Below are positions 47,666-57,668 of a stretch of 64,000 nucleotides of DNA, one piece after another; the first letter of the stretch is position 1; each line of letters begins with the position of its first letter. Source of the stretch: a virus. Lineage: Duplodnaviria > Caudoviricetes. The stretch spans positions 1 to 64,000 of the IMG/VR virus record IMGVR_UViG_3300021958_000042. One strand, given 5' to 3'. Both the position numbers and the translations under genes were made by a program. The notes beneath the pieces are model-generated. The model worked only from the letters and a program-made list of their open reading frames with translations. It was not told the origin of the DNA and did not search any database.

Positions 47666-50600
47666 TTATTCACCAAGTACCGAGCCTGGAGCCTTTCCTT
47701 CAGTAACATCACTATATCTAATACTAGATCCTGTTACTTGCATGAAAATTCTCATACCATTTCCATCTGGAAGAGTTGAAACCATACCTTCATATTTTCT
47801 GGCATCTTTTCTCCAAATATATTTTGTTTGGTCAGGCCCATTATGTCCAGCATATCTAGTTGTTTGATTTGCTGGCATTGCTGGAGTGGTAGTTGGAATA
47901 TATTCTCCATTACCAAAACCCCCTGCAGGCCCGTTGATACCATCACTATCTCCATATTTGTTAATTTCAACATGTCCTGCTTGTGTAGAGAAGTCTGCTG
48001 AAGAAACACAAATCAAATCTAGTTCACTCTGAGGATAATAAAATCTTTGAGATGTGATTTGAGTTGGGAAGGAGAAAACAAAATTTCTGTCTTGTGTAAT
48101 TGATAACTGTTCTTGTGGGTTAATAATAGCATGAGAGTCTATTTCATGCATTGTTGCTGATACATGATAATCCCATGGTTTTAAAACATCCTGCTCACGA
48201 ACAATAAATCTGTTGATAGTTTTAACTTCATTCATATTTGTCTCAGGAAAATTTCTATCTTCTGGCGTAGAAATTATATATGTATTTTGAGATGGATTCG
48301 AAGATGTATAGTTAACTAATGAAATAGAGAAGTTAGACATAGCTCTTGGTGCATGTTTAAATACTAAAGTTTTATTCATGAAATCGTAAATATATTCTTG
48401 AACTGTACTATCTGCATCTGTCCATACTATATCGCCAGGCAATAAACTAGTATATGCTTGTTTATTCGAAGATTTAGTAAGATTGCTTGTTGTGATAGTA
48501 TAGCTTCCTGCATCTTTGTCTAAGAAAAATGCTCTTCCAGTTGCAGAGTTTACTATATTATTGTCAATAGTTCCTGTTGAAGATTCTCCTAACAAATTAG
48601 GTACAACTGCAGCATCCTCTGCTGGTAGTTTGAAGTTCGAACCTAAAGTTTCTACTCCTGCTGCCTCGAGCATTTCCAAGAATCTACCTGCAGTAGTTGG
48701 ATCTCCATTGACTACCCAATCATCATATGTTAGAACATATGCGGCGTTATCTCTTCTAACTTCCACATCATCTAAAGTAACAACCATAGATTCCATTACC
48801 TTTGCAGCATTATTCTGCTGTGCATTATATAAAATATCTAACAGTGCAGAATCGCCTTCGGTGTAGTCGGATATAGAAATCGCATCTGGCACAGGCGGCA
48901 CGCCCGGCGAGCCCGTGGTCGATGCGGATGCTTTAGCAAATGTTGAAACTCTATCTAAGAAGTTTTCTGGGAAAATTACATTTCTAGATGGTGATGGAGC
49001 CATATCATTTTGCTGAATCCAACTCGCAATCGGAGCTGTAGATGAAGTTTGTTCACTTCCATCAAGTGAAATTTCGAACAATCCATCGGCCGGGCTGGTT
49101 ACGGACGGATCGCGATCAAGAGCATTTGGTGAATTAGATGCACCCATAGTGAATGCTGTTGCTCTTCTTCGTGGAAGACTATTAAATCCAGTGATTGCCA
49201 AATCAGTTGGTACTCTTGTTCTAGACATAATCATATCGCTGGAACTGCCTGGCAGGTCCGCGATGTTTGCGGTGTTGATGCCCGTTTGAGTAAAATCGTT
49301 GTTTGATGTTACATTTCCTGTTGCACTAGTTCCAATCAGAATTTGATCGCCAGGGTTCAGAAGGTTAAATCCTGTAGATGGATCTGCAGATGAAGTAAAT
49401 GTCAATTCACCAGACACATTATTCCAACTCACAACGCGGCCTCCATTGTATTGAATATTTGGTGCCGAGCCTGTGCTCTCGGCAATAAACATGCCTGGAA
49501 TAAGTTCCAACGCGGTAACTGAAGTTGGATCTAAATATATCACATATACAGTTTGTGACCAAAGAGTTTCAGACGCAGAACCCTGTGCGCCGGTAATACC
49601 TCTATAAAGATCTGATTTTACATCCGTATTATATACACCACCCCCATATCCAGATGCACCAGCCGAATATCCAAAACTATTGAAGTCGATAGCATTTACC
49701 AATCCATTAAATATAGATTTGCTCTTATCAATCCATACAGTCGGGCCTTCTGTCTTGAAAATAGTTCCCAACGAATTCGCTACCGGCGCAGCAGGAGACA
49801 AATCTGCTAAATCGTCAGTCGAATAGTAATTACTTATAGAACTGATATCAACAGGGCGCTTCGCCGGAGAATACACACAGTGAACTGGGGTTTTCTCAGT
49901 AAATTCTGGTTGTCCTGTTGTTTGGTCAACGTGGCGCTGCACAACAAACCATGCATAGTCATCATCTTGATCTACTGCACTCTGGCCGTATAAAAACAAT
50001 CCCATACCATGATCGGTACAAGTTATTCTATATGACATAGGATAAGTTTGCGTAATCTCATCAACTACTTGAGGTCTTCTAAACCATTGAGATTTTGCAG
50101 TAGATATAGATAAATTTGCGCCTTTACCGATTGCCGGTTCTTTATATACATCACACAATTCTCCTGGCTCTCTATAAACTGGAGATTTGATACCATCTCT
50201 ACCCTGTGGTTGTGATATGGACATATCATCTTTCAATTGGTAATCTGTCGCAACGTTAACTTTAATTTCATTGCTATTTTCCAACCAATCAAAACGAATT
50301 CTCCATTTCTGAGGTTTTCTTGACGCTGCTGGAGATAGACTATTTAAGAAATTTAAATTACTATCTGATAACAAATCTACACCCTTTTCGGATTCTACCA
50401 GAAAATTATTTGTAATTCTTCTAAGCGCTGCCTTTACATCATCTAAGTGGTTGCTTGCAGGCATTGGATGAATTAATCTAAAAGGTGTTGCAAACTCATC
50501 ATTCTCTTGGAATGTTAAATTAAATACATCACCTTCTGTTATTGTAGACAATGCAGCTTTTCTTGCATCTGTTGGTAATTCAATATCACTTCCCGATATG

Positions 50601-51820
50601 CTTTGAGCAGTCGTGATATTTGGTACTCCGCCCGTCTGTGGCCATATAACAAATCCATTCAATCCTGTAACACCATCTGATGCGAGTTGTGGAGCGCTAT
50701 AATCCCAAACCGTATTTGAACCAAGGGAATCTATTTTCGGCCAAGAATTTGTGCCAGGCTGATCTGGGCCCAAACCTTTTGGCCCCACTAGAGCTCCATA
50801 TGGAACATCAATTGTTTTTCCCCAATGATAAGCAATAACAAGATTTACAGCTGCCATGTCAGTAATCCATGTCATAGGCGTAGTAGAAGGATCTCTCTTT
50901 AATTTAAAAGTTGATGTTCTTGTAGCAACATCGCTGGATACTACATAATCATCTTTTGGTAAAACTCTACCATTCAAAGATACTCTAAATTCACCACTAC
51001 CTAAATCACCTTCAATCAATGGAAAATCATCCATTAAAGTGATGTATGTGGTATCATCGGCCGGATCAATCGCTGAAAACCCAGTTCCAGCAACCGCGCC
51101 ACTCATATCTTTTGTAGCAGTTTCCCGATGTTCAGTAACAACTTTCCACAACTGATCTGCCTGTCTTTGTGTTGGGAGTACTGTAGAACCATCATTGCCA
51201 AAATCGTGGTTATATCTTACTGAAACTGTATTTTTAAATCCTTCTCCTACATAATCTCCTTCGTTTATTTCTTGGTCGCCAGTTGGACTTGCTGCAACAA
51301 AATCAGTATTATTAGAGAATTTTGATCTGAAGATTTCTGGAGTTTCGAATGGATGAATACACAAGTCGTGAGCTAATTGAAAAAATAATCCACCATCATT
51401 ACCAGTAAATTTTTCCATTGCCTCAATATAATTAATGTTTAAAGTTTCGCCGGTGATAGGTTTTGCTGTTTCGCTAAACACTAAGGCACCAAATTCACCG
51501 ATACCAGAAACATATTTTATGCTCCCTTCTCCTGCTAAAATCGAACCTTCTTCATATGAGTTTGCAGCCCACTCTTGAATTTCAGTAAAGTTTGCAGTCA
51601 AATTATTTTTGAGTATGTTTTTACCTTGGGTTCTGTCCAAAAACAGTCTCACACCACCCAATCTGATATCCCAATCCCAAGTCTTATCTGTGAAATCTGG
51701 TTTAGATCTCAACAAATATGTGTCTGTGCCGGAATTGGCATTATGTATTTCTTTCTGTGATCTATGAATGACATCAACAATGTCATTTCTCTGAACACTA
51801 AATCCACTGGCAATAGGCAT
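47666..51820 (-). CDS. Large virion structural protein, paralogue 3 of the four-member family
   Basis: GFSVQRNDIV...LAHDL...WRIRF...GRDGIK...QWFRR...PVHCVY...RFIVRE...GNGMRI. Confidence 0.75.
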   Translation of the reverse strand: MPIASGFSVQRNDIVDVIHRSQKEIHNANSGTDTYLLRSKPDFTDKTWDWDIRLGGVRLFLDRTQGKNILKNNLTANFTEIQEWAANSYEEGSILAGEGSIKYVSGIGEFGALVFSETAKPITGETLNINYIEAMEKFTGNDGGLFFQLAHDLCIHPFETPEIFRSKFSNNTDFVAASPTGDQEINEGDYVGEGFKNTVSVRYNHDFGNDGSTVLPTQRQADQLWKVVTEHRETATKDMSGAVAGTGFSAIDPADDTTYITLMDDFPLIEGDLGSGEFRVSLNGRVLPKDDYVVSSDVATRTSTFKLKRDPSTTPMTWITDMAAVNLVIAYHWGKTIDVPYGALVGPKGLGPDQPGTNSWPKIDSLGSNTVWDYSAPQLASDGVTGLNGFVIWPQTGGVPNITTAQSISGSDIELPTDARKAALSTITEGDVFNLTFQENDEFATPFRLIHPMPASNHLDDVKAALRRITNNFLVESEKGVDLLSDSNLNFLNSLSPAASRKPQKWRIRFDWLENSNEIKVNVATDYQLKDDMSISQPQGRDGIKSPVYREPGELCDVYKEPAIGKGANLSISTAKSQWFRRPQVVDEITQTYPMSYRITCTDHGMGLFLYGQSAVDQDDDYAWFVVQRHVDQTTGQPEFTEKTPVHCVYSPAKRPVDISSISNYYSTDDLADLSPAAPVANSLGTIFKTEGPTVWIDKSKSIFNGLVNAIDFNSFGYSAGASGYGGGVYNTDVKSDLYRGITGAQGSASETLWSQTVYVIYLDPTSVTALELIPGMFIAESTGSAPNIQYNGGRVVSWNNVSGELTFTSSADPSTGFNLLNPGDQILIGTSATGNVTSNNDFTQTGINTANIADLPGSSSDMIMSRTRVPTDLAITGFNSLPRRRATAFTMGASNSPNALDRDPSVTSPADGLFEISLDGSEQTSSTAPIASWIQQNDMAPSPSRNVIFPENFLDRVSTFAKASASTTGSPGVPPVPDAISISDYTEGDSALLDILYNAQQNNAAKVMESMVVTLDDVEVRRDNAAYVLTYDDWVVNGDPTTAGRFLEMLEAAGVETLGSNFKLPAEDAAVVPNLLGESSTGTIDNNIVNSATGRAFFLDKDAGSYTITTSNLTKSSNKQAYTSLLPGDIVWTDADSTVQEYIYDFMNKTLVFKHAPRAMSNFSISLVNYTSSNPSQNTYIISTPEDRNFPETNMNEVKTINRFIVREQDVLKPWDYHVSATMHEIDSHAIINPQEQLSITQDRNFVFSFPTQITSQRFYYPQSELDLICVSSADFSTQAGHVEINKYGDSDGINGPAGGFGNGEYIPTTTPAMPANQTTRYAGHNGPDQTKYIWRKDARKYEGMVSTLPDGNGMRIFMQVTGSSIRYSDVTEGKAPGSVLGE

Positions 51821-51848
51821 TAAAATCTCCTTTGTGTATTTTTCTTTA

Positions 51849-51856
51849 TATTTATA
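51849..51856 (-). promoter_or_regulatory. T4-type late promoter (TATAAATA)
   Basis: Perfect intergenic box; the leader (T-run, box, AAAGAAAA, AAGGAGAT) closely resembles the one at 47640. Confidence 0.8.
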
Positions 51857-51889
51857 AAAAAAAATTAGTCTTTATTTGTTTATTTTTTA

Positions 51890-53941
51890 TTATGTTCCAG
51901 AACCAACTGGATCATTTGAATCTATATTCGTGTCTGAATTAAAAATGTACTGGCCATTTACTAAAACCATTATACGCATACCATTACCGAATGCTGCTGT
52001 TGAACGCATCCCCTGATACCTTCTTTTATCGTTATTTACACCATCATATAAATAAGTTGTCATAGGAATATTGCTGCTCTCTGCGACCACCTCGGCAGAA
52101 GAGAAACAAATTAAATCTGTTTCTTCTTTTGGATACATAAATCTCTGCGTTGTCAATCCAGTTGGAAATGTGATTACAAATCTATTTTCATCTGTGATGG
52201 ATAATTGTTCAAGTGGATTTATAATTGCATTGCTATCTATTTGATGTCTTGTTGCAAACTTATGAACATCAGAAGGTTTTAAAATATCAAATTCTCTAAC
52301 AACAAATCTCCAAATATTTTTGGCAGCTGCCTCATCACCTAAATAATCTTCTCTATCATGAGGGCTTAAAATATAAAAAGTTCTTGCATTATCTACTGAG
52401 TTTATATGATATGAGTTTCCCTGATCGTCAAATATTGTATCTATTTGATCAGCAGCAGTCTGTAAATTTGCAGCCTGACTAGAAAAATAAACTCCAGCAT
52501 CACTAGAATATGAAGATTCTCTAGAACATGAATATAAACAATGGACAGGAAATTTAGAACCTTCATCGTTTCTAGGCAATCCAGTTTCATTGTTTACAGT
52601 TCTTTGCAGTGCAAACCATGCATAATCATCTGCTTGATCTCCAGCAGCATCATCATACATGTAAAGAATTAATCCTCTTTCTGTCATCGTAAGTCTATAC
52701 GAAAACGGATATGTTCCTTCTAGTGTTGGATCAGTTTTTGGATATCTCTTGAACCATCCACCGCCTTTTTTCTTATTTCTAAATCTTATAGAACGATTAT
52801 TAATATATTTGGTATAATTAGAAACATCTGCAGGCGCAGTAGCTTGTGCAGTGCTTCGCCCTGTTGTTGGCATATAAAATGTTGCTAGTGGATATTCAGA
52901 AAAAGTAAATGATGTAGATGTACCAGAACCACCATTCGCGGTGTCTCTTGTATTTGCAGCTGTTTGGTCAAGATAAAGAGGATAATAAAACGCTGGTACA
53001 GTTCCATATGTGTTTGTATCTGTTTCGGTTCCATATACATAATATGGCCCACTATTTGCAGGGTCTGCAGAAATTACAATATCTTCAAAGGTTAAATCTA
53101 CCATTTCGCCAGGATTTCTTACAACTGAAGTATCAACTGTGGCTCCATTTTCTAATGTTATGATTCCGTCAGAAGAGAGTTGTGGAGATGTGATACTACC
53201 ATCATTTAAAATTTGAGATGATGTTCCAGCATTTACTTTTAACCATCCATACATTGGATTTGGGATTCCCGAACTATTTTCCCAACCAGCAGATAATATT
53301 CCATTAAAAGTATAGCCAGGATGATATTGGTCAGGCACAAATGTTGTCTCATCAATTGTATTACCTGCTGAATATTGTGTTCCGCCTCGAGCAGACATTC
53401 TAAGATTTAATTGATATAACTCTTGAGAAAATTCTTTATCTCCAGTATTACCAGCAACATCATAATACAATCTAGGGCGCAAATCAAGTTCAAACCTAAT
53501 TCTATAATTCTGGTCAATACCTCTTGCTACTGCTCCACTCTTTGGAAGAATATCATCAGACGATTCGAATACCATAACATGTTGTTCTGGATCGATTCCT
53601 GCATTTTTTTGACTAAAATTAGCAACTCCAGAATATGGCCCAGAACCTGCTCCATTAGATGTAGATGGACGATTTAGAGAAACTTGTGTAAAAAATTGTT
53701 TATTAATATATGTGACAGGATTTGCAATTGTACTATCGACAAGTTCATTTCCAGCTATAGGATTTCCATTATACATCGTCCAACTTGAAGTTAAATCTTG
53801 GGCCAGTGCCATCATTGCGCCACCAGACACAACTTCGCCACTGGATATCTCGCCAGCACCTTGTAGTGTAGTAAAAGAACTTCTTTGCCTCGACATACCA
53901 TAACTAGTGAGTGTCGATGGGTCTACAAATCTTTGCGCCAT
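51890..53941 (-). CDS. Virion structural protein, paralogue 4 (shortest) of the four-member family
   Basis: LAQDL...YRIRF...GWFKR...YPFSYRLT...WFALQRTV...PVHCLY...WRFVVRE...NPLEQLS...GMRST...GNGMRI. Confidence 0.75.
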   Translation of the reverse strand: MAQRFVDPSTLTSYGMSRQRSSFTTLQGAGEISSGEVVSGGAMMALAQDLTSSWTMYNGNPIAGNELVDSTIANPVTYINKQFFTQVSLNRPSTSNGAGSGPYSGVANFSQKNAGIDPEQHVMVFESSDDILPKSGAVARGIDQNYRIRFELDLRPRLYYDVAGNTGDKEFSQELYQLNLRMSARGGTQYSAGNTIDETTFVPDQYHPGYTFNGILSAGWENSSGIPNPMYGWLKVNAGTSSQILNDGSITSPQLSSDGIITLENGATVDTSVVRNPGEMVDLTFEDIVISADPANSGPYYVYGTETDTNTYGTVPAFYYPLYLDQTAANTRDTANGGSGTSTSFTFSEYPLATFYMPTTGRSTAQATAPADVSNYTKYINNRSIRFRNKKKGGGWFKRYPKTDPTLEGTYPFSYRLTMTERGLILYMYDDAAGDQADDYAWFALQRTVNNETGLPRNDEGSKFPVHCLYSCSRESSYSSDAGVYFSSQAANLQTAADQIDTIFDDQGNSYHINSVDNARTFYILSPHDREDYLGDEAAAKNIWRFVVREFDILKPSDVHKFATRHQIDSNAIINPLEQLSITDENRFVITFPTGLTTQRFMYPKEETDLICFSSAEVVAESSNIPMTTYLYDGVNNDKRRYQGMRSTAAFGNGMRIMVLVNGQYIFNSDTNIDSNDPVGSGT

Positions 53942-53944
53942 TAC

Positions 53945-56900
53945 CTATTCCTTTTCCAAATCTTTTAGCCAATCATTTTCCAAAACTCTAACCATATTCT
54001 TATATGTTAGATATGCTTTTTCATCTTCTTGTCTATTTATATGAGAAATAGATAGGTCAATTTGTTCTCCAATCCAATTCCACACGGCATGTGTCTTTGG
54101 AATTGCCGCAACAATTTTAGGAGCTATGTCGTAATATTCTTCAATTTCATTTGGATAATTTTTCAACAAGAAATTATCTCTGTATATACGCAATGTATTG
54201 AGAGTAGTTCCATCATCTGCCTCGCCGCGCATTTCTACTACAGCAGTAGTCAAGAAACACCCACCGCCACTACTTTGACTGGACACATCACCCCCACCGC
54301 TGTCGTTTATATTGTCATCTCGTATTGGGCCAGTGTTCCCGACCCCTGTATTATTACTGAAAACGCCATCTGGTTGCTGTGCGCGAAGATCTTGAATCTG
54401 TGCGTGAGTCATTCCTGTTGAGAAAGTAGTTGTTGTGCCAGTAGAAGGTTCATAATGTGAATAAAATGAACCAGAACTTCCCCCACCATCATTATCATTA
54501 TTACTTGCCGATGGAGTAGTTGGAGTAGGTACTGCAACTGCAAAAGATGCTGATGTTCCTTCTGTAGTTCCACTTGAAGTTTCTTTAGAGCAGCTCCAAT
54601 ATGTAATTCCGTCTTGAACATAAAAGTTTCCATGTCTCTCTGAAGAATTGCTGGAACTAAAAGCAGTTGCTGAAAGTTTTATAGAACTAAAATTGTCATG
54701 TCCAACTTGAAGCTCTCCGTCTTTTGATCTAGTTTTGATAGTAACTGTTTTATTTGGACTAATTCCAATTCCAGAAGTTACTAGTTTGTATATCTCATCA
54801 TATCCAACTTCAACTGTTAAATCACCAGAACCCGATTTAATAGCAAGCTCTTGTGGCCCGACCTCTGCATCAGATGATGCAACTTTTTTAAATAGTAACT
54901 GATGTGCAGTACTTCCTGAATCTGAAATATCAAATTTAACATTACATTTTCTGATGAACCAATTAGGAACATCTTCTAAGTCTGGGCCATCTCGTACACC
55001 CTTAGTTCCAATTGCAATCTCATCTGCAGAATGCCAATCAGGTTCGTGGTATAATGATTGCACTGGCAATTCGTTTGCAGTATCTACATAATTTGGTGTG
55101 ATATTAATAGTTGCCCCAGGCGATTTAAATCCCATTTTTGTTTGGAATTTTCCATTCTTTTTAATTCTTGCAGTATATCCAATATAGTATCTTCTAGGAT
55201 TTTCTGGGTCGTCTGAGCCAGGCAATAAAACATTTAATGTATTAGTTCTGTTAGGTAAGTCTGTATTAGTACCCTTATCCGAAACTCCATTGGTGACTAG
55301 AGATTTTAATACTCTTCCCGTATCATCCATTAAAACAATACCAGCATGAGACATCATAGAGAATGATGGGCCGTGCTGTCCATATATTTGCACAATCCCA
55401 TCACCGCCCCTATCTGATTTAGATACAAATCTTTCGCCCTCATTATTATATACATCTGTATATTCATTCCTAGAAGCTTTGCCTCCTTGAGGAACCTTGA
55501 TAGTAATAATTTCGCCTGGCGCAGTTTCAAAATCTCCAAGATATGCAGTCGCAGCAGCATACCCCCCATATGTATTCGTCCAACCAAGAGAATTGCTTCC
55601 TCTACCACCATGTTGGCCTGGCCCGCCGCCGGCACCAAACGCAGGGGTTCCCGAAGGCCCAGAAAGGTTTGGATATTCCGCTGCTGCTTCTGTTCCTGAG
55701 CCATATAGAGAATGTCCACCGCGGCCGTTGCTTCCAGCGGCACTATGAACCCTACCCTGTGCAAGGCCCCATCTAAAGAACATATTAATCGGATGTTTTC
55801 CTACTCCAAAATCTGAAAGTGCCTCTTCGCCTCTTACAGTGTCCGCTGCATTAACCACCAATTGAGCAGCATATACTGCCTCGTCTGGAAATTCTGCAAG
55901 TCTTTTTCCCTCACCTTTTTCTGTTTTTTCTCCACCCACAACTTTCATTATATCACTACGCGCAACCGTCCAATTTGGATCGTTTGATAGCGAAGGATTA
56001 TCAGAAATCCCAGAATCTGCAACAATAGGAGTTCTTAATACAGCATAATATCGTATTCCATTTGCGGTTGATATCTGACTTTGCGTTTCGTACTGCCAAT
56101 TAGTAGTTTCTAGTTCGTGTTTACTAGATCCAGCATGGCGATTCGAAAAGAAACTTCCTTTAACTGCGTTGTTCCAATAAAACTGTACATTAAAGTTTTT
56201 ATTAGATGTCATTTGAGATTTTACTTTTACATATCCATTTCCACCTTTACCACCAGCTCCCGCTTGGGTCGAACCGCCATCTCTTGGGCCTCCGGCACCA
56301 CCTTGGCCAATACTAGTTACCAATAATGTAACATCAGATTTTCCTGTTAGATCTATCACAAATGTGTTTGAAGCGCCTGCTTTACCACCTTCACCACCAT
56401 AACCAGTACGCCAAAATTGAGCACCAGAACCGCCGCCACCGCCGGCCCCTATTCCGCCAGATTGGCCTGGGTTTCCATGGTCTCTACCGCCGGTTACAGT
56501 TATAGCTCCACCAGCTCCTCCAGTTCCAACTGAACTATTCTCACCTTTTTGTCCGTTTGGTCTATAACTCTCGTTTTCGAACAATGTCGCAGAACCCCCA
56601 GAGGCCTTTCCTCTCTTACCCCCGCGGCCTCCAGCGCCGCCGGTTGCAGTTTTAGTATTACTATCCCATTGTACTATAGTTCCAGTTCCTGCCGCGCCCG
56701 CTGTACCCTGACCTTTCCAGTCATCGCCGCCGGAGCCACCGCCGCCGCCACCACCTACAATGGTGATAGTGTGTTTCATATTGCCTTGTAATGTAAAAGG
56801 AGTTTCGGATGTAATTGCTGGATGGTCAACTTCAGTTGGAGTTATTTTTACGAAATCTCCTGTTACAGTTCCATCATTTCTAACAGTATGTTGACCCTGT

Positions 56901-57646
56901 TCTGGAACTATTTGTGTATCTGGAACCCCATCTGGATCTTGGCCGCCTGGTGCTCCATATAATTCGACAGTTCCATTTTCTGAAATAATTCTTGCATCCC
57001 CACCCTTATATCCAGATTCTTCTGTAGCAGGCAATGTCGTATCCAATAAAAAGTCACCACTCAATTCAGTTTTCTGAACACTTCCAGAACCACCACCAGC
57101 TGTCGCAACAATTCTAAATCTTGTAAACTTAGCAGGAATTGTCAAAGACCATTCACCGAATTCAAAGTAATCTTTATTTTCTTGAGTATTTCTAAGAAGT
57201 TTTTCAAAATTACTACTAGCACCAACTTCTGTTTCTAAATCAACTTCAACACCTTTTGTTGCGTTTCCGCTCCAAACTTCAACCAATGCAGCAGGAGAAC
57301 GAATGTCAACTGCAACAGCATGTCTATCATTAATGCGTGTTACGTGTTGTCTCCAATTATCTTGAATATCTGACCAATTATTTACTTCAGCAGTTTCTTG
57401 CCAAAAATCGTCAACGTCGATCGGAGGCAGTGTAGCGCTATTAGGGCGAACTTGATCACTCGAACCATAGAAATCGCTAAAACAAATAGTTCCTCTTGTT
57501 GGAACTCCATTGTTTTCAACTATGTCGGGAACATTTGTACCATCTCTATAGTATTCACTGATACAATGTGGCGCTGAATTGCTTCCTGGCCTAAATTCGC
57601 CTTGGATTTGTGCTAATGTTACTCTGCCCGTCTTAGGTATTGTCAT
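53945..57646 (-). CDS. Glycine-rich tail-fibre adhesin-like protein with a C-terminal CFI-box-like domain
   Basis: The N-terminal G.VTLAQIQGEF...ISEYYR.G...VP..G.I.FSDFYG is a common fibre-tip attachment motif. Several polyglycine tracts (GGGGGGGSGG, GAGGGGGSG). C-terminal GGG-CFLTTA...LR.YRD..L...YY..AP.IV. Confidence 0.7.
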   Translation of the reverse strand: MTIPKTGRVTLAQIQGEFRPGSNSAPHCISEYYRDGTNVPDIVENNGVPTRGTICFSDFYGSSDQVRPNSATLPPIDVDDFWQETAEVNNWSDIQDNWRQHVTRINDRHAVAVDIRSPAALVEVWSGNATKGVEVDLETEVGASSNFEKLLRNTQENKDYFEFGEWSLTIPAKFTRFRIVATAGGGSGSVQKTELSGDFLLDTTLPATEESGYKGGDARIISENGTVELYGAPGGQDPDGVPDTQIVPEQGQHTVRNDGTVTGDFVKITPTEVDHPAITSETPFTLQGNMKHTITIVGGGGGGGSGGDDWKGQGTAGAAGTGTIVQWDSNTKTATGGAGGRGGKRGKASGGSATLFENESYRPNGQKGENSSVGTGGAGGAITVTGGRDHGNPGQSGGIGAGGGGGSGAQFWRTGYGGEGGKAGASNTFVIDLTGKSDVTLLVTSIGQGGAGGPRDGGSTQAGAGGKGGNGYVKVKSQMTSNKNFNVQFYWNNAVKGSFFSNRHAGSSKHELETTNWQYETQSQISTANGIRYYAVLRTPIVADSGISDNPSLSNDPNWTVARSDIMKVVGGEKTEKGEGKRLAEFPDEAVYAAQLVVNAADTVRGEEALSDFGVGKHPINMFFRWGLAQGRVHSAAGSNGRGGHSLYGSGTEAAAEYPNLSGPSGTPAFGAGGGPGQHGGRGSNSLGWTNTYGGYAAATAYLGDFETAPGEIITIKVPQGGKASRNEYTDVYNNEGERFVSKSDRGGDGIVQIYGQHGPSFSMMSHAGIVLMDDTGRVLKSLVTNGVSDKGTNTDLPNRTNTLNVLLPGSDDPENPRRYYIGYTARIKKNGKFQTKMGFKSPGATINITPNYVDTANELPVQSLYHEPDWHSADEIAIGTKGVRDGPDLEDVPNWFIRKCNVKFDISDSGSTAHQLLFKKVASSDAEVGPQELAIKSGSGDLTVEVGYDEIYKLVTSGIGISPNKTVTIKTRSKDGELQVGHDNFSSIKLSATAFSSSNSSERHGNFYVQDGITYWSCSKETSSGTTEGTSASFAVAVPTPTTPSASNNDNDGGGSSGSFYSHYEPSTGTTTTFSTGMTHAQIQDLRAQQPDGVFSNNTGVGNTGPIRDDNINDSGGGDVSSQSSGGGCFLTTAVVEMRGEADDGTTLNTLRIYRDNFLLKNYPNEIEEYYDIAPKIVAAIPKTHAVWNWIGEQIDLSISHINRQEDEKAYLTYKNMVRVLENDWLKDLEKE

Positions 57647-57668
57647 CGAAATACTCTTTTATTAAATG

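Noticed and set aside
53945-54259. Intein or complete Hint domain at the CFLTTA motif
   Set aside because: The domain is only ~100 aa, is helical-looking, ends the protein, and lacks the TxxH block and terminal HN-C/S/T splice motif.
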